Below the pieces are notes generated by a model. That model had not been told where the DNA came from and made no database searches. It worked only from the letters and a program-made list of their open reading frames with translations. From Octopus bimaculoides (lineage: Eukaryota): DNA of 64,000 nt. The translations under genes and the position numbers were made by a program. Below are positions 13,270 to 26,235 of the stretch, piece after piece. The DNA is taken from assembly GCF_001194135.2 (NCBI RefSeq), contig NC_068996.1:18114672-18178671 (forward strand), given 5' to 3'. The stretch's first letter is position 1. Each line of letters starts with the position of its first letter.

Positions 13270-14442
13270 CATTTAGCATCTGCTCTCCATGCTGGTATGG
13301 GTTAAACGGTTTGACTAGACCTGATGAACCAGAGAGCTTCACCAGGTTCCAGCCTGATTTTGCATAATTTCTACGGCTGGTTGCCCTTCCTAATGCCAAC
13401 CACTCTAGGAGTGTCATGAGTGCTTTTATGTTCCACTGGCACAGGTGCCATTTACATGACACTAGCAACAACCATGACTACAATTCGCGGGTGCCATTTA
13501 CATGGCACTGGCATTGACCATGATTCACAGTTGCCATTTAAATGGCACTGGCAATGACCACAACTACAATGCTTGAGTACCATTTACATGATACCGGGAT
13601 GGCCACATCTACAATTTCACTTGGCCTGATGTGTCTTCTCATGCACAGCGTATTGCCAAAGGCCTTGGTCACTTGTCATCACCTCCGTGAGACCCATCGT
13701 TTGAAGATCATGCTTCACCACCTCATCCAATGTCTTTTGGGGATCTACTTATTTACACAGCTCTCTTTGTACAGACACATCATATGGCTTTACCAGTGCA
13801 GTTGTCTCTCTTGCATACCACATCTAATGCTTTTTATGCCCAACTTTTCTCTCAAGACATTTACACTGTCATACACACACACAGACACTGCACATTCAGT
13901 GAAGCATAGTAGCTTAATTTCTTTCAAGCCTATGCATGTCCTCAGTGGTCACAGCCCATGTTTCACTGCTATGTAGCATAGCTGTTCACACACAGACATC
14001 ACACAGTCTGCTTTTCATTCTGAGGGAGAAACCCTTTGCTACCAACAGAAGTAGGAGGAGCTCTCTGAACTTTGCCCAGCATATTCTTATTCTTGCAGCT
14101 ACACTCAAAGCACCCACCTCTACTACTGATTTGATCACCTAGATAAAGGAAGCTATCAGCTACCTCTGGCTTACCTCCTTGGCATTTGATGGAATTTATT
14201 TTCTGTACATCTCTGTTTATTGTACCTATGCACCTTCCACACACAAAATTTATTTTCCCTGTTAACCTTCCTCTGATATTGCTGCACTTCTTATGTGTCC
14301 ATAGCTTACACTGGGTACATCTTATGGAGTTTCTACCTATGCCTTTTCTACAGATCAAGCAGGGCCATCTACCTGAGAGGATTTGTGATTTGTCTACTTT
14401 CCAACTTACTACAAGTTTGGTGTTTGCTAGATTTGACTTGAT
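13270..14442 (-). mobile_element. 5'-truncated RTE-clade LINE: RT C-terminal part with a PHD-like insert, plus 3' UTR
   Basis: KSNLANTKLVVS...WPCLICRKGIGRNSIRCTQCKLWTHKKCS...FVCGRC...DSFLYLGD; 3' UTR motif GGTTGGCATTAGGAAGGGCAACC; (AAT/GAT) tail. Confidence 0.85.
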
Positions 14443-15909
14443 ACAATTAAATAAAATAGAGATAGGGGTGAATTTTAAATTTGGTTACTTCAAAATTGTA
14501 CTGTGTGGGGACTAGCATGTCAGGGAATAAATCCATTTCCTCTGTGTGCCAAAAAAAAACAAAAAAACAAGAGATTGAGGTAGGATTTGCACTATGACTT
14601 TGTAAAACTCTCACCAACAATGATTACCCAAGCAGATCCACGAGTTGGAGGGTTAATAATACAAAGGTGTAGTAGGGAATGACCAACAAATGGTGGATGC
14701 AGCAGCATGCTGCTAAAGTGCATTACCCATATTATTACTGCTTAAAACTCAATATAATCTTCATTTGTAAGATGAAGCAAGTTCAATAAAAATCCAATAA
14801 AATAAGTATGAATCTGAAATAAGTACTAGGGTTGATATAAGTAAAAACCTTTAAAATGGTGTCCCAGCATGGCTATGACTGAAACCAATAAAGGATTAAA
14901 AATATTAGCATCATTTTAGGATCTGTTTTCAAGGTAATAAGAGATAGTGAATTGGCAATGTAGTGTCTCCATTTTATTTTGAACTAGAATTAGTATCATT
15001 GTAGTCCTACTTTTAGGAATAATTCATTTTATCCATGATTCTTCTCCACTTTCAGTAACTTCTAAACTCTACAGTTTTTCAGGATATGTTATTTGTATTT
15101 GATACAAGTGTAGCCTCTTTTTTTGTATGCATTAACCAATGTCTGTCTCTAACACCATCTCACTTTGTCATTTTAGTAATACCTCATACGTCCTTAGTTC
15201 ACTCTCGTGGCCACAGTTCCAATGAAAATTATTGGTTATGTACTTCAATTTATTTTTGGAGAAACAAGTATTTGAAGGGATTTATTGAAAAAGCTTTTCA
15301 TTTGTCTTATATTTAGAATAGATGGTTCTTAGATAAACTTATAGGTAGAGTGGTTTCAAGCATGTTGATGTCAAAAACAGTTAATATACAACGTGTTCTG
15401 AGTGACAGATTAAGTGATCACTTAAAGAAGTAAGAAAGTGCCCTGATTGTCTCTGTTTAACCATGCCTTGTATTATAGGTGCTAATGGATAAAGATATTT
15501 CTCTACTGATTGGAGATAAAAATGCACCTGCTCAAATAAATAACTGCTAAGTCACTGTTACCAACCTACTGCAATTTTTGCAACTATTATTTATCCCCTG
15601 AAACTATCCTAACTTCACTATCTTCAGGTCTTCCCTGTGATTCTTCTACTACAGCTTTTTGTTGGCTCCACTGAGTTGGCTTTCCCTGCAATATAATCCT
15701 CATTCACCAAAAGTGATAGATATCCCCTTCTCTAGTAATTCGCCAGAACTTGGGACTTGTGATTTGAGTAATTATTTTAGTCTAAGAATGTGAAAATATG
15801 CTATTTAAAAGTTAATATTATATGTAATTTATTTTGTTAATTATGTTTCTGAATAATCTCTTGTTATTTATTTAATATCTTTTTTTTTTTTTTTTTTTTT
15901 TTTTTGTAG

Positions 15910-16112
15910 ATTTGTATTTGTCATCCCACCAGTGACTGTGCCATTTGTAAAGCTCCATGTTTCTCATCCATCTCCATCCTCTGTAGCTCGAGAAAACTTT
16001 CAGAGGTTTATGTTACATAATTATGTCTCTCCTCAAACTGCCTGCCTCCACAAAATAGATGCTTGTATGTCAGTACAGTTTCCTGAACTCAGGTTGATAC
16101 AGTATGATTGTG
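15910..16112 (+). CDS. dom: domino exon: FVFVIPPV...VQFPELRLIQYDC
   Basis: Poly-T/tag acceptor, gtgagt donor; QFPxxRLIQYDCGKLQ signature. Confidence 0.96.
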
Positions 16113-16325
16113 GTGAGTAACCAGCTTTCAAGCATTAAATCTTTAAATGTATTGGTGGCATGTTTTAATTAGAATTTAATTGAAAGGTACTTCAAACAAA
16201 CAATAACTGTTTGTCATTTTAAAGAGTTTATTGTCCTCATTTAAGTAGTTGAAACATTTTTGCATTAAATTCATATTTTATATGAGGTTATTTATTGGAA
16301 ATTTTAATATTTTTTTTGTCAACAG

Positions 16326-16495
16326 GAAAATTGCAGACATTAGATGTCCTTCTAAGACAATTGAAAACAGGAAACCACAGAGTGTTGATTTTTACACAAA
16401 TGACAAAAATGTTAGATGTACTTGAAGCTTTTTTGAATTACCATGGTCATAGATATTTGCGCTTAGATGGAACAACCAGAGTAGAGCAAAGACAG
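16326..16495 (+). CDS. dom: domino exon: helicase C-lobe motif IV (KLQTLDVLLRQLKTGNHRVLIFTQMTKMLDVLE...YLRLDG)
   Basis: aacag acceptor, CAG|gtaaat donor. Confidence 0.98.
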
Positions 16496-16882
16496 GTAAA
16501 ATGTTGTTTTAATTAGTTGGAAACTAGTTATTTTTGTGCATCATAATACTAAATAAATCATTGGTTTTCCAAAATATTTATGGAAAATTTTACAGAAATT
16601 TTGTTTTTCTTTGTCCTAGCTATCTGAGAATGACATTGGATCTTTTTCATGTTTATAAATCTTCCATTAATGCATGTGATGAAAATTAAACTGAAAACTG
16701 TAAATAGGAGTGAAGCAAATAACAAATGTATATAATGTTGATCAGAGAAAGTTAAACATCATCATTTGTTACTTAACTAATGTCTTAATGGACATATGAC
16801 TGGTTTACATGTGACTTGAAACACTTGGGTTTCTAGTGGAACAGTTCGTGAATTAGATTTCATTGTAATATTTCTTTTATAG

Positions 16883-17107
<225 letters not shown>

Positions 17108-17462
17108 TAAATGAAGAAATGTATAATTTTATTATAGGTCGTATAAGGATTCAATTACATTTCTATATGGTGTGTAGGGTAAAGGGATAAATGATAAAGT
17201 TTAAATACACACAGAAATGTATATTTCCATTTAGTAAATAGCAGTTTAAAAAATAAATTTTTTATCACTACTTAATTTCCACGTATGTTGAACACTTGAT
17301 GTCAACCTGTCTGAGACTGCTTATGGTTCTTCTTGTTTTAAAGTGACCTAAACTCTTCATCAAAATTTCATAATTTGTTCCAAATACTAGCTTGATAGTG
17401 AGAAAATTATTATACTAATTCATTCATTAGTGTATTTCTACAGAAATAAGGTGACAAAAAGT

Positions 17463-17690
17463 TTAATCCTTTAGCATTCAGATTACTCAGTCATATGCTT
17501 GTATATTATTCACATACTTTTGAGTCAGTCATACATTATCTTACAGCTTTGAGATTTTGATGTGATTGCTTATTTTTGCAATGACATAGGTATGGCATGT
17601 ATAGGAGGTCAGTTTTAGCCAATATAAACATAAAACAAGTTGAATATTTGGGCTGAATAAATATGGCCAGTTTGAAAGCTAAAGGGTTAA
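17463..17690. mobile_element. TTAA-flanked (piggyBac-like) MITE family A. Other copies: 8478-8700, 33683-33906, 60690-60917, and deleted copy 25148-25270.
   Basis: TTAA-(C)CCTTTAGC...GCTAAAGGG-TTAA; 223-228 bp; shared interior. Confidence 0.85.
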
Positions 17691-18239
17691 ATTCCAAACC
17701 TCAGCAAATCTGCTTGTGTTGATTGCTATTCAAAGACAAGGTAGACTACATTCTATAATGAAAAGTTTTCTTGACCTTGGTTTACTTAATTTATTCATTT
17801 ATTTTCAAAACATGTCCACTTTTCCACAATGGCATGTGCTGGACAAAACATATTGGAATTTTTCTATGACTAGATGCTTTCCTATCACCAACCCTCACCT
17901 GTTTACAAGTAAGGTAATATTTCCTCTGTTGCTCCAAACAACAAATAGTTTTCAAATGTCAGTGTAGTGTCAATATAGACATTGACAGCACTTGTGTGGA
18001 TGGTGACCTTGTTTTTATGCAGCATACAAACATCATAATGAGGAAAGCGCAAGTGTGCTTGCATGTATGCACAACTGGCTTCCTATAATTTCTACCTACC
18101 AATTCACTCATAGGGCATTGGTTAGTCTAAGGCCACACTGGGTGACACCTGACTACATTGCCATACACTAAGAAGGAACCCTAAGACATGTGGTCATAAA
18201 GTGAACTTCATGAAATATGTAACTTTATCAAGAATTAAG

Positions 18240-18283
<44 letters not shown>

Positions 18284-18403
18284 CTTAATTCCTGTTGAAA
18301 TCAGTTTTATTGTTTGTTAATTTTGATATAGGTGACTGCTTTATGTTTTTATTTTGTTCCTTGTAAAACTGCTGATGCTTATTCTTGTAATTATTTCTTT
18401 TAG

Positions 18404-18518
18404 GTTAATCAGTGAAAGAACTATCGAAGAAAATATTTTAAAGAAAGCTGATCAAAAGCGCCTTTTAGGAGATGTGGCCATTGAGGGTGGAAATTTCACT
18501 ACTGCCTTCTTTAAGCAG
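18404..18518 (+). CDS. dom: domino exon: LISERTIEENILKKADQKRLLGDVAIEGGNFTTAFFKQ
   Basis: tttag acceptor, CAG|gtagaa donor. Confidence 0.97.
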
Positions 18519-18868
18519 GTAGAATTCAGTGTTATTGATCATGAAATTTACCCAGTAAACAATATATATTGTGATTTGTGTTCCTGACTATATTGTTGGC
18601 AGTATATTATCATTAATCTCAGATTAATCAGTTAAGATAACCATTATCATCCAGCCACATCTCTTACACTACTGAAACCCCCCACATAACTGGATGCCCA
18701 CATCAACTTTACTGTACCCAAAGGTTCCCAACACTATTCCTTACATTCCTAACGATATCTCCATCCAGATACCCCCAATATACCCTTCTCTTTGATACTA
18801 TATATCCTCCATTAAGCAACTTTCTCAGTCTGTCTTTAATCAAATGTGTAAACAATTATGGTTAAACT

Positions 18869-18872
<4 letters not shown>

Positions 18873-18920
<48 letters not shown>
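18873..18920. repeat. (TA)n microsatellite. Others at about 18243-18279, 46209-46244, 48182-48231 and 60930-60956.
   Basis: Direct reading. Confidence 0.97.
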
Positions 18921-18923
<3 letters not shown>

Positions 18924-21110
18924 CACACATACCCAAGCCTGTTCCCCATTTTTTAGGATTGGGTAGCCACAAGACACACCTGGCATTCCATTTATTTCTC
19001 AATTCAAAGGGGTGAACCCTGTTCTATGCTCGGGTCAAGGCAGAGAACACAACTGCCAATATCAGCAGTGAGGCTTGACAGCATCATGCTTGTTCTGTGC
19101 CCCTTTAAGCAATATCAATTTACTCATCTGTCCACAAACACTCTCCAAGTTTTCCTATCATTTATAAACTCGCTTGCCTCTCTCACTCTAACACCTCTAA
19201 CCACCAAAGCTTTCCTCACTCCATCCATCCATCCACACAAACCAAGGTCTACCTCTGTTTCTGCTGCCTACCACTTCAGCATTCATCACCCTCCTTACCA
19301 TCCGCTTCTCATCCATCCTCTCCATGTGGCCAAACCACCTCAACATTCGTCTATCCAATTTGGTTGTTAGTTTTTCTCTCATTGCTGCTCATCTTTGCAC
19401 CTCCTCATCCTCTCTATCCATGTCACACCAACCATAGCTCTGAAACATCTCATCTCAGACACATCTAGTCGCCTCCTTTCCACCTATCTCAACCCCCACA
19501 TCTCTGCACCATATAACATTGTTGGCACAATCACGCCCTCATACACACCTCTTTCCATGTTCATGCTCAACCATTTATCTCTCAGCATACCTTTCACAAC
19601 TCCAAGTATCTTACTCCCCCTCCCTCACTCTGAATCCCACCTTCTCAACCAACTGTTGCATGTGACCCCAGGTACCTAAAAACACCTCCTCTAGCATCTT
19701 ACCATTTATACTCACATCCATCCTACCAGCCATTCCATCTCTCAAACATCTCATCACCTTACTCTCAACTACATTCACTTTCAGTTTCCTCCTCTCACGC
19801 ATTCTTCCAAACTCAATCACCAGTCTCCTCAGTTGCTCTTCTGAATCCACCACCAGTGCTGTATCATAAGCAAACAACAACTGACTCACCTGCCATTTCT
19901 CTCTATTTTCTCCCACCATTTGGGCTCTCTTACCAAAGGTTCAAGCATTCACCTCTCTCACCACACCATCCATNNNNNNNNNNNNNNNNNNNNNNNNNNN
20001 NNNNNNNNNNNNNNNNNNNNNNNNNNNNNNNNNNNNNNNNNNNNNNNNNNNNNNNNNNNNNNNNNNNNNNNNNNNNNNNNNNNNNNNNNNNNNNNNNNNN
20101 NNNNNNNNNNNNNNNNNNNNNNNNNNNNNNNNNNNNNNNNNNNNNNNNNNNNNNNNNNNNNNNNNNNNNNNNNNNNNNNNNNNNNNNNNNNNNNNNNNNN
20201 NNNNNNNNNNNNNNNNNNNNNNNNNNNNNNNNNNNNNNNNNNNNNNNNNNNNNNNNNNNNNNNNNNNNNNNNNNNNNNNNNNNNNNNNNNNNNNNNNNNN
20301 NNNNNNNNNNNNNNNNNNNNNNNNNNNNNNNNNNNNNNNNNNNNNNNNNNNNNNNNNNNTGATCCGCACACCTTCTTCCACCCTTAAAACCACACTGCTC
20401 CTCCCCTAGTACATTCTCTGTCTGGTTCCTCACCCTTACAATCAGAATTCTCCCATACAGTTTACCAACCATACACAACAAACTTATACCCCTAAAATAC
20501 CCACACTCACATTTATCCTCTTTCCCCTTGCACAGTGGCACTATACAGGCACTGCACCAGTCCTTTGGTGCCCTTCCAGCCATATAACAAACATTCACAA
20601 GCCTCACTAACCATTCAGTCACTGTCACTCCTCCTTTCTTTAGGCATTCCACTTATACCTGGCACCTTCCAGTTTGCCATCTTCCATAGGGATTCCCTCA
20701 CCTCCTCTCTTCCAGTTGCATTGTAGTTCCGTTCCCCAACAGGCATTCTCCTCTCTCCTCCCTAAAGCTACTATACTTGCCCCCCTAACATCCTCCACAT
20801 TTAACAGCTCATTAAAATACTCTACCTGTCTCCTTTGTACATCCTCACTTCCTTTCAACAAATTTCCATTTACATCCTTCACCCTTTCTTCCTTTCCTCC
20901 AACCACCTCTTTATCTCTCCAAAACATCGTTTTATTTCTTACAAAATGTTCACTCAACTTTTTCCCAAACCTTTCACTCGCCTCCCATTTTGCTACCCTC
21001 ACCACTCTCTTCACTCTCCTCTTCACTTCTCTGTAACGACCATAAGCCTCTCCATCCCCTCTCTGCAACCACTCTTCAAAAGCCCTTTTCTTCTCTGCCA
21101 CTGCATTAAA
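18921..21110 (-). mobile_element. 5'-truncated, frameshifted RTE-clade LINE spanning an assembly gap
   Basis: IVPLCKGK...RGISLL...EEQCGFKGGR; SQLLFAYD (FADD); LKVNV; LRWFGHMERM...RGRP; ends at a (TA)n tract. Confidence 0.92.
19974..20359. other. assembly gap (N)
   Basis: 386 N inside the RTE LINE. Confidence 1.
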
Positions 21111-21149
21111 TATGTGGATTTTTTAAAATGCATTAAACAAAAAGAGGAG

Positions 21150-21350
21150 GATCCTGGTGAAGAGCTTGCTCTGCACCAGATGGCTGGACATGATTTGGGA
21201 AGTTCTCCAGAGGTTTCATGTCACCTTGGAGGATGCAGAGGAACTGACACGAGACTGCCAATGATGGAGAGCACTGGTGGACCTGGTTGGTTGTATGCAT
21301 GATAACATCTCCTGGATCACTAACTTGGAATGACTCCAGACCCATCAAGT
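21150..21350 (+). mobile_element. RTE-type LINE 3' end fragment
   Basis: RWLDMIWEVL...EDAEELTRD...WRALV C-terminus; caagtcaag tail. Confidence 0.6.
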
Positions 21351-22029
21351 CAAGCCATTAAACAAAAATATATATTTTAATCTTATCAATCATTAAAGTC
21401 GACAGTGATTTTACAATGTAGCGATTAATGAAAAAACATTCAAAAGGAGAAAATAAATACATTTTTTAGTATTCTTTTAGCAGTTATTGAAGTATTTGTC
21501 AAATGGCTTCAGGAAAAGTTTAAAATGTGGATGAATATTTGAATCAATGTAGTCAAACTAAAGTACTTGGTCAGTGCAGTGACTCTGTGCAATATATATT
21601 GTAGAATGTCTGGCAGGCTGATAAAAGACTAGAACATGGGTGATAAGCAGAGGAACATTCACATATGTGAACAAACGAGCTGTAAAAGGGGAAAATGGGT
21701 GATGAGTGTGGTAAAAATTTTTACAATGGTGATCACTGTCTGGATACATGACAATAAAAATATTGCTGTTTGCAGCTGAGATGACTAAAATGATATGAAC
21801 ATGAGTCACTGATGATCATGATAAAATGTATTGAGTTGAGTTGATATTGGATTGTAGATGTAAAGTTAGTTTTGGTCTTCACAAACAAGATAACATTGAA
21901 ACTAAGTTTAATGTGTTACATAGTAGACTTATCCAGTAAATAGCTGTTTATGAAATATGTTTATAAACAATCAAAATGACAGCATTTTTTTCTAAAGTAT
22001 ATACTAAAAGTTTTCTTCATAAATTACAG

Positions 22030-22218
22030 AATACTATCAAAGAATTGTTTGATGAGCCTACTGGATTGCAGGCTCTTGCTAAAGAAAGGGAAACTAAGAA
22101 ACGCATTGAGTGGCCGAAAGAAGCGAAAGTATTAACCACAACGTTGGTACAAAAACCAGCAGTGAACAAAGTTTCAGAGCATGGAAAAGAATCTAATCTT
22201 ATTACTCAATTGGAACAG
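22030..22218 (+). CDS. dom: domino exon: NTIKELFDEP...LITQLEQ
   Basis: tacag acceptor, CAG|gtgaat donor; 63 codons. Confidence 0.9.
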
Positions 22219-23396
22219 GTGAATATTGCATTAAATGCTTGGTATAAATCTTATTTGATTTCATTTGAAAAGGTGTTTGTTTATACACACACACATGTAT
22301 TGTTAGATAATAAATTCTTCGGTATACACCTGGTAGCTTGTTCGTAAAGCATGTTCACTTACATTGTTCATTGGGTGTCTGATTAATGAGAGAGATGAAA
22401 AATCGAAGATACGAGAATGTTTATTGACCACTACAATTGTCTCAACCCATCTAGTGTTGATCCCCCGTATCTCCCATCTTCCGTTCCTCTCATTAATCAT
22501 ATGTATAATGTTAGCACAGTATGGTTAAATGCTTGAGAAGTTTGTGTTGCAACTATGAGGTTTTTTTATTCTGGTGCATGGCATTTTGAGCAGATCATCT
22601 TCTTTAGCATCAGGTTGGCCCATGCTTTATGCATTGACAGAAACTGTAGGAATGTTTATTTGGTGGGTTGTAGTTGTAATTCAAAGTTTCAACTTTGTCA
22701 AATAGTGTCATGCTAATTGTATCTGTGAATTTCTTTGAAGGTTATGTGGGGGTCTACTAATCCACTTACATATTAAATTAGTGAGCTTGATGAGTATGAT
22801 TGATTGAATAATTGAATACTCTCTGTTCTGACTGAGATCTGTGTGTGTGTGTAATCGCTCACTTTAGTTCATCTGACAGGTTTCTTTGAGTTCATCCAAC
22901 TATTCTTTCAAACCAATCTTTAGATTGCCCATGAGCTTTAGGATGCAAAATCTTCTGTGTAAGGTGTTGGGCTCATGATTACAAGGTTGTTGGTTTTGAT
23001 CCCTGGACTGCAGTGTTTTGTGCGAGTAGCAGCTGAGCACTGATGGAGTACCCTCCTCTCTTTCTCTTCTGCTCTCAATTCCTGGATGGGAGTGCAGAGA
23101 GCGTGACTTTTTCTGCATATGACTACATTGGCCACACTGTTTCTAATCATTTTAAATACTTATTCTATTGTCATTCTATTTGAGTGATGGCCAAAATAAA
23201 CCATGTCATAAATTTTAGGTAAGAATATTTTAAACTCAATAAGATTAGTTATTTTATTAAATTGCACAAAATCCTTGATTGTTTTAGAAATCAGTTTAGG
23301 CATTAAGAATTTTTTTTTTTTTTTTTTTTTTTGCAGTAAATTGACAAAAGAGTTAAATGTTTCAGCATTATTTTAAACATTAAAACATTTTTGTAG

Positions 23397-23579
23397 GCAT
23401 TGTGTAAAGCAGAGGATGAGACTGATGTTATGGCTGCTGATTTGGTAAAAGCTGAACAAAAAGCAGAATTAGCAGAATTTGATGAAAACATCCCTTGGGA
23501 TGATAAAGAGGCTGAGAGGAAGCAAGATGAAGACGAAACATCTAAGGTTGAGATGGAATTGAGTCTTTTGGAAAAAGAG
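23397..23579 (+). CDS. dom: domino exon: ALCKAEDETDVMAADLVKAEQKAELAEFDENIPW...LLEKE
   Basis: tgtag acceptor, gtaagc donor; conserved AEDExD...ELAEFDE. Confidence 0.95.
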
Positions 23580-23977
23580 GTAAGCGAGTTTTTAACACTT
23601 GTAAAAGTTTTTTTTTTTTTTTTTTCTTGTCTTTAAAACATATTTACAAGCATCAGTAAAACTTTGGACTTATGTGATAGTCATTTTCTTGCAAAGTTCA
23701 CCTCTTGATGAGGGACTACCATTCTGTGTATTGGGAATTGCAGTTTCAGAAATGAATTTTGTGTAAGCATATTATTTACTGATGAACATTAAAAGTAACA
23801 TTTATGAAATAATTTTGACCAACCAATGTAGGGGCCTTTATGTAGTTGGTTAACCTGCTAGAAAGGACAATCAAATTCTAATAAAATCTTACCATTGTGC
23901 AATGATTCCCAAACATCTTGATATCAGTCCCAATTCTCCAGAAAAATTTCTTCCCTCTATTCATCACCACCACCACC

Positions 23978-24800
23978 ATTATCATATAATGTCCATGATC
24001 CCTACTGACACTGGTCGGATACTTTGACAGGTTCCTATACATCATGGTCTATTGTCTGTTTTGGCATGGTTTCTATGGCTGGATGCTCTTCCTAATACCA
24101 ACAACTTTACAGCGTAGTGGATGCTGTTTTCTGCAACCAACACTACTGAGGTTGCTATGCAGCTTGTAAGACTATGAATTCTGAGTGGGGAGCTTTATAT
24201 TGGATGACGAAGGGTAAAAGTATGAGAAAAGAGGCCGGAGCAGAACAAGTCTCTTGTAGAGGGGCCATATGGCTATTCATATTTTAGAAGTGAGGGTACA
24301 AGTGATTGAGTGGCTCAGGAAAACAATAAAAATAGTAGTGATGAGGTGGATAGCAGGGATAAAGGAACCAATGGTGTGGGTGGAGGTTGTAAGAGTATTG
24401 GAGGAATAAGACATGGGGAATGGGTGAGGGGAGGTAGGTATAGTTGAAATGCAGATATGTGATTGGTAGATAATCAACAATGCATGAGTTATGGGAGGAA
24501 AGGGAAAGTAGAAGGATGAGAGAGAGAGATGATGTGGTTGTATAAGTTGCAGGAATGGACAAGGAGGAGAGAGATGGTAGCAAGCATAGTGCATGAGAAT
24601 GAGAGAGGCATAGGAGGAGAGATAATTTTGTGATTCAGTGGCACTTGGTGATGGTGAAAGTGTGAGTGAGTAGAATAGTGTTAATGGATGGAGGATGGAT
24701 AACAGATGAAATGATTTTGGGTAGTAAAAAGTGGTATCATGGAAGAACTGCAGTTAGGGAGACAATGGGTGATGGTGATGTCTTGAAGAGGAAGGAAACT
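23978..24800 (-). mobile_element. degenerate non-LTR element: RTE-type 3' tail plus strand-asymmetric body. Related copies at 5558-6055 (-), 25340-25630 (+) and 37835-38205 (+).
   Basis: ttctatggctggatgctcttcctaataccaac tail motif; purine-rich + strand body; no clean protein motif. Confidence 0.55.
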
Positions 24801-25799
24801 GAGTAAAGAACCTAGTTTTGCTAACATATATATTTATGTGTGTAGGTTTTATTTATGCACACACATACCCACATACAGCTTTATCAGAACTCATTTTTGC
24901 TGGTGTGAGTGGCTCTTTTTGAGAACTGCTTGTATCCATATAATTCTTTCTTACACCAGTCTTGGACAAGTTTAAAAACCACCTTGGTTTTGTTAAACAG
25001 CAATTTATTTGGATCTGTTTCAATATTTGCAGCAGCACTAACCTCCCCAAACATTTCTGTACAATCTTAAAGTGAGAACCATAGAAACACCAACAGAAAT
25101 TAAGATAGAATAATCAGGTTTCATTTGGTTATAAATCCTGGCACAATTTAATCCTTTAGCATCCAAATTACATTGTTAAATGTAATGCTTAGACATGATA
25201 TTTTAAGGTAGATGTGAAAGGCCGGATCTGGATGGTTTAAACATAAAAATGGGCAGAATATGAGTTTAAATAACATTTTTTGGTAGATGCCCTTTTACCC
25301 TCATTTCCTACTATGGTAACCAAGTATCCCTTCTACAGCAAGGCACTTATCTCTATCCCTCAATTATACTTTAACCACTCAACTGGCACAAAGCCAGCTC
25401 CCTCAGTACTGCTTCCTCTCCCAGTTGAAAGGTCTTTGTCTTGCAAATTACTTGGTGACTGTTGTTGGTGGCATGTAAAAAGCACCCAGTACGCTTTGTA
25501 AAGTGGTTGGCGTTAGGAAGGGCATCCAGCCACAGAAACCTTGCCAAAGCAGACAATGAAGCCTACTGCAAGCTATAGTCAAACTGTTCAACCCATGCCA
25601 ACAAGGGAGATAGACGTTAAATGATAATTATTCTTCCATTCCTTGTTAACCAAAGCAAGTTATAATGAAAGCTCTTTATCTTTTTTTTTGTGTCCAGTTC
25701 TTTTTCTCAGTATTTATATTTTCTAATTTTATTTTTTAAATTCAAAAATCGAAATTTGGTGTTTAAAATTTATATAATTCCTTCAATTTTCTTTTGAAG

Positions 25800-25883
25800 C
25801 TATCTCCTGTTGAGCGGTATGCTGTCCTTTTCTTGGAAACCCAAATGGAACCATTCTGTAGTGAGGAGCTTCAGATGGCAGAA
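25800..25883 (+). CDS. dom: domino exon: LSPVERYAVLFLE...EELQMAE
   Basis: gaag acceptor, gtaagt donor; matches the SRCAP/EP400 LTPIERYA motif. Confidence 0.95.
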
Positions 25884-26100
25884 GTAAGTAAAATTAGTTT
25901 TAGAAGTCTGAGTTTGTGTGCATGCATTTGCATATTTATTTCTTTGATGTTTACCTTCAAAGCATTTTCATTTTCTTGTCATAAAATTTAAAAGAGTTAA
26001 TTAAAATATTTTTTTGGATGATAATATACAGTTGTAATTGAAGTAAAAATTTAACAAAGATAAAATGACTAACTAAGAATGTGTGCATTTTGTTTTGTAG

Positions 26101-26235
26101 GAGGATATTGAGAGTGCTAAAAAAGACTGGGAGTTGGCACGGCTCAAATCTCTGAAAGAAGAGGAAGAAATAAGAGCTGAATTAGAAGAAGATGAGATGC
26201 TGTTTACATATACAAGGGATGATGCATATAATCAG
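26101..26235 (+). CDS. dom: domino exon, short form used by the EP400/DOM-A-like isoform (EDIESAKKDWELARL...LFTYTRDDAYNQ)
   Basis: tgtag acceptor at 26100; internal donor CAG|gtgaaa at 26236; in phase with the exon at 35588. Confidence 0.88.

Noticed and set aside
13445-13618. Spaced repeats as a CRISPR-like array
   Set aside because: Whole units are homologous, there are no unique spacers, and the context is a eukaryotic LINE.
15479-15640. Acceptor-like tatag followed by a short open frame
   Set aside because: In the phase required by the upstream exon it hits TAA immediately; flanking exons join seamlessly without it.
19856-20393. Long X-filled ORFs (also 46157-46927)
   Set aside because: Artefacts of N gaps.
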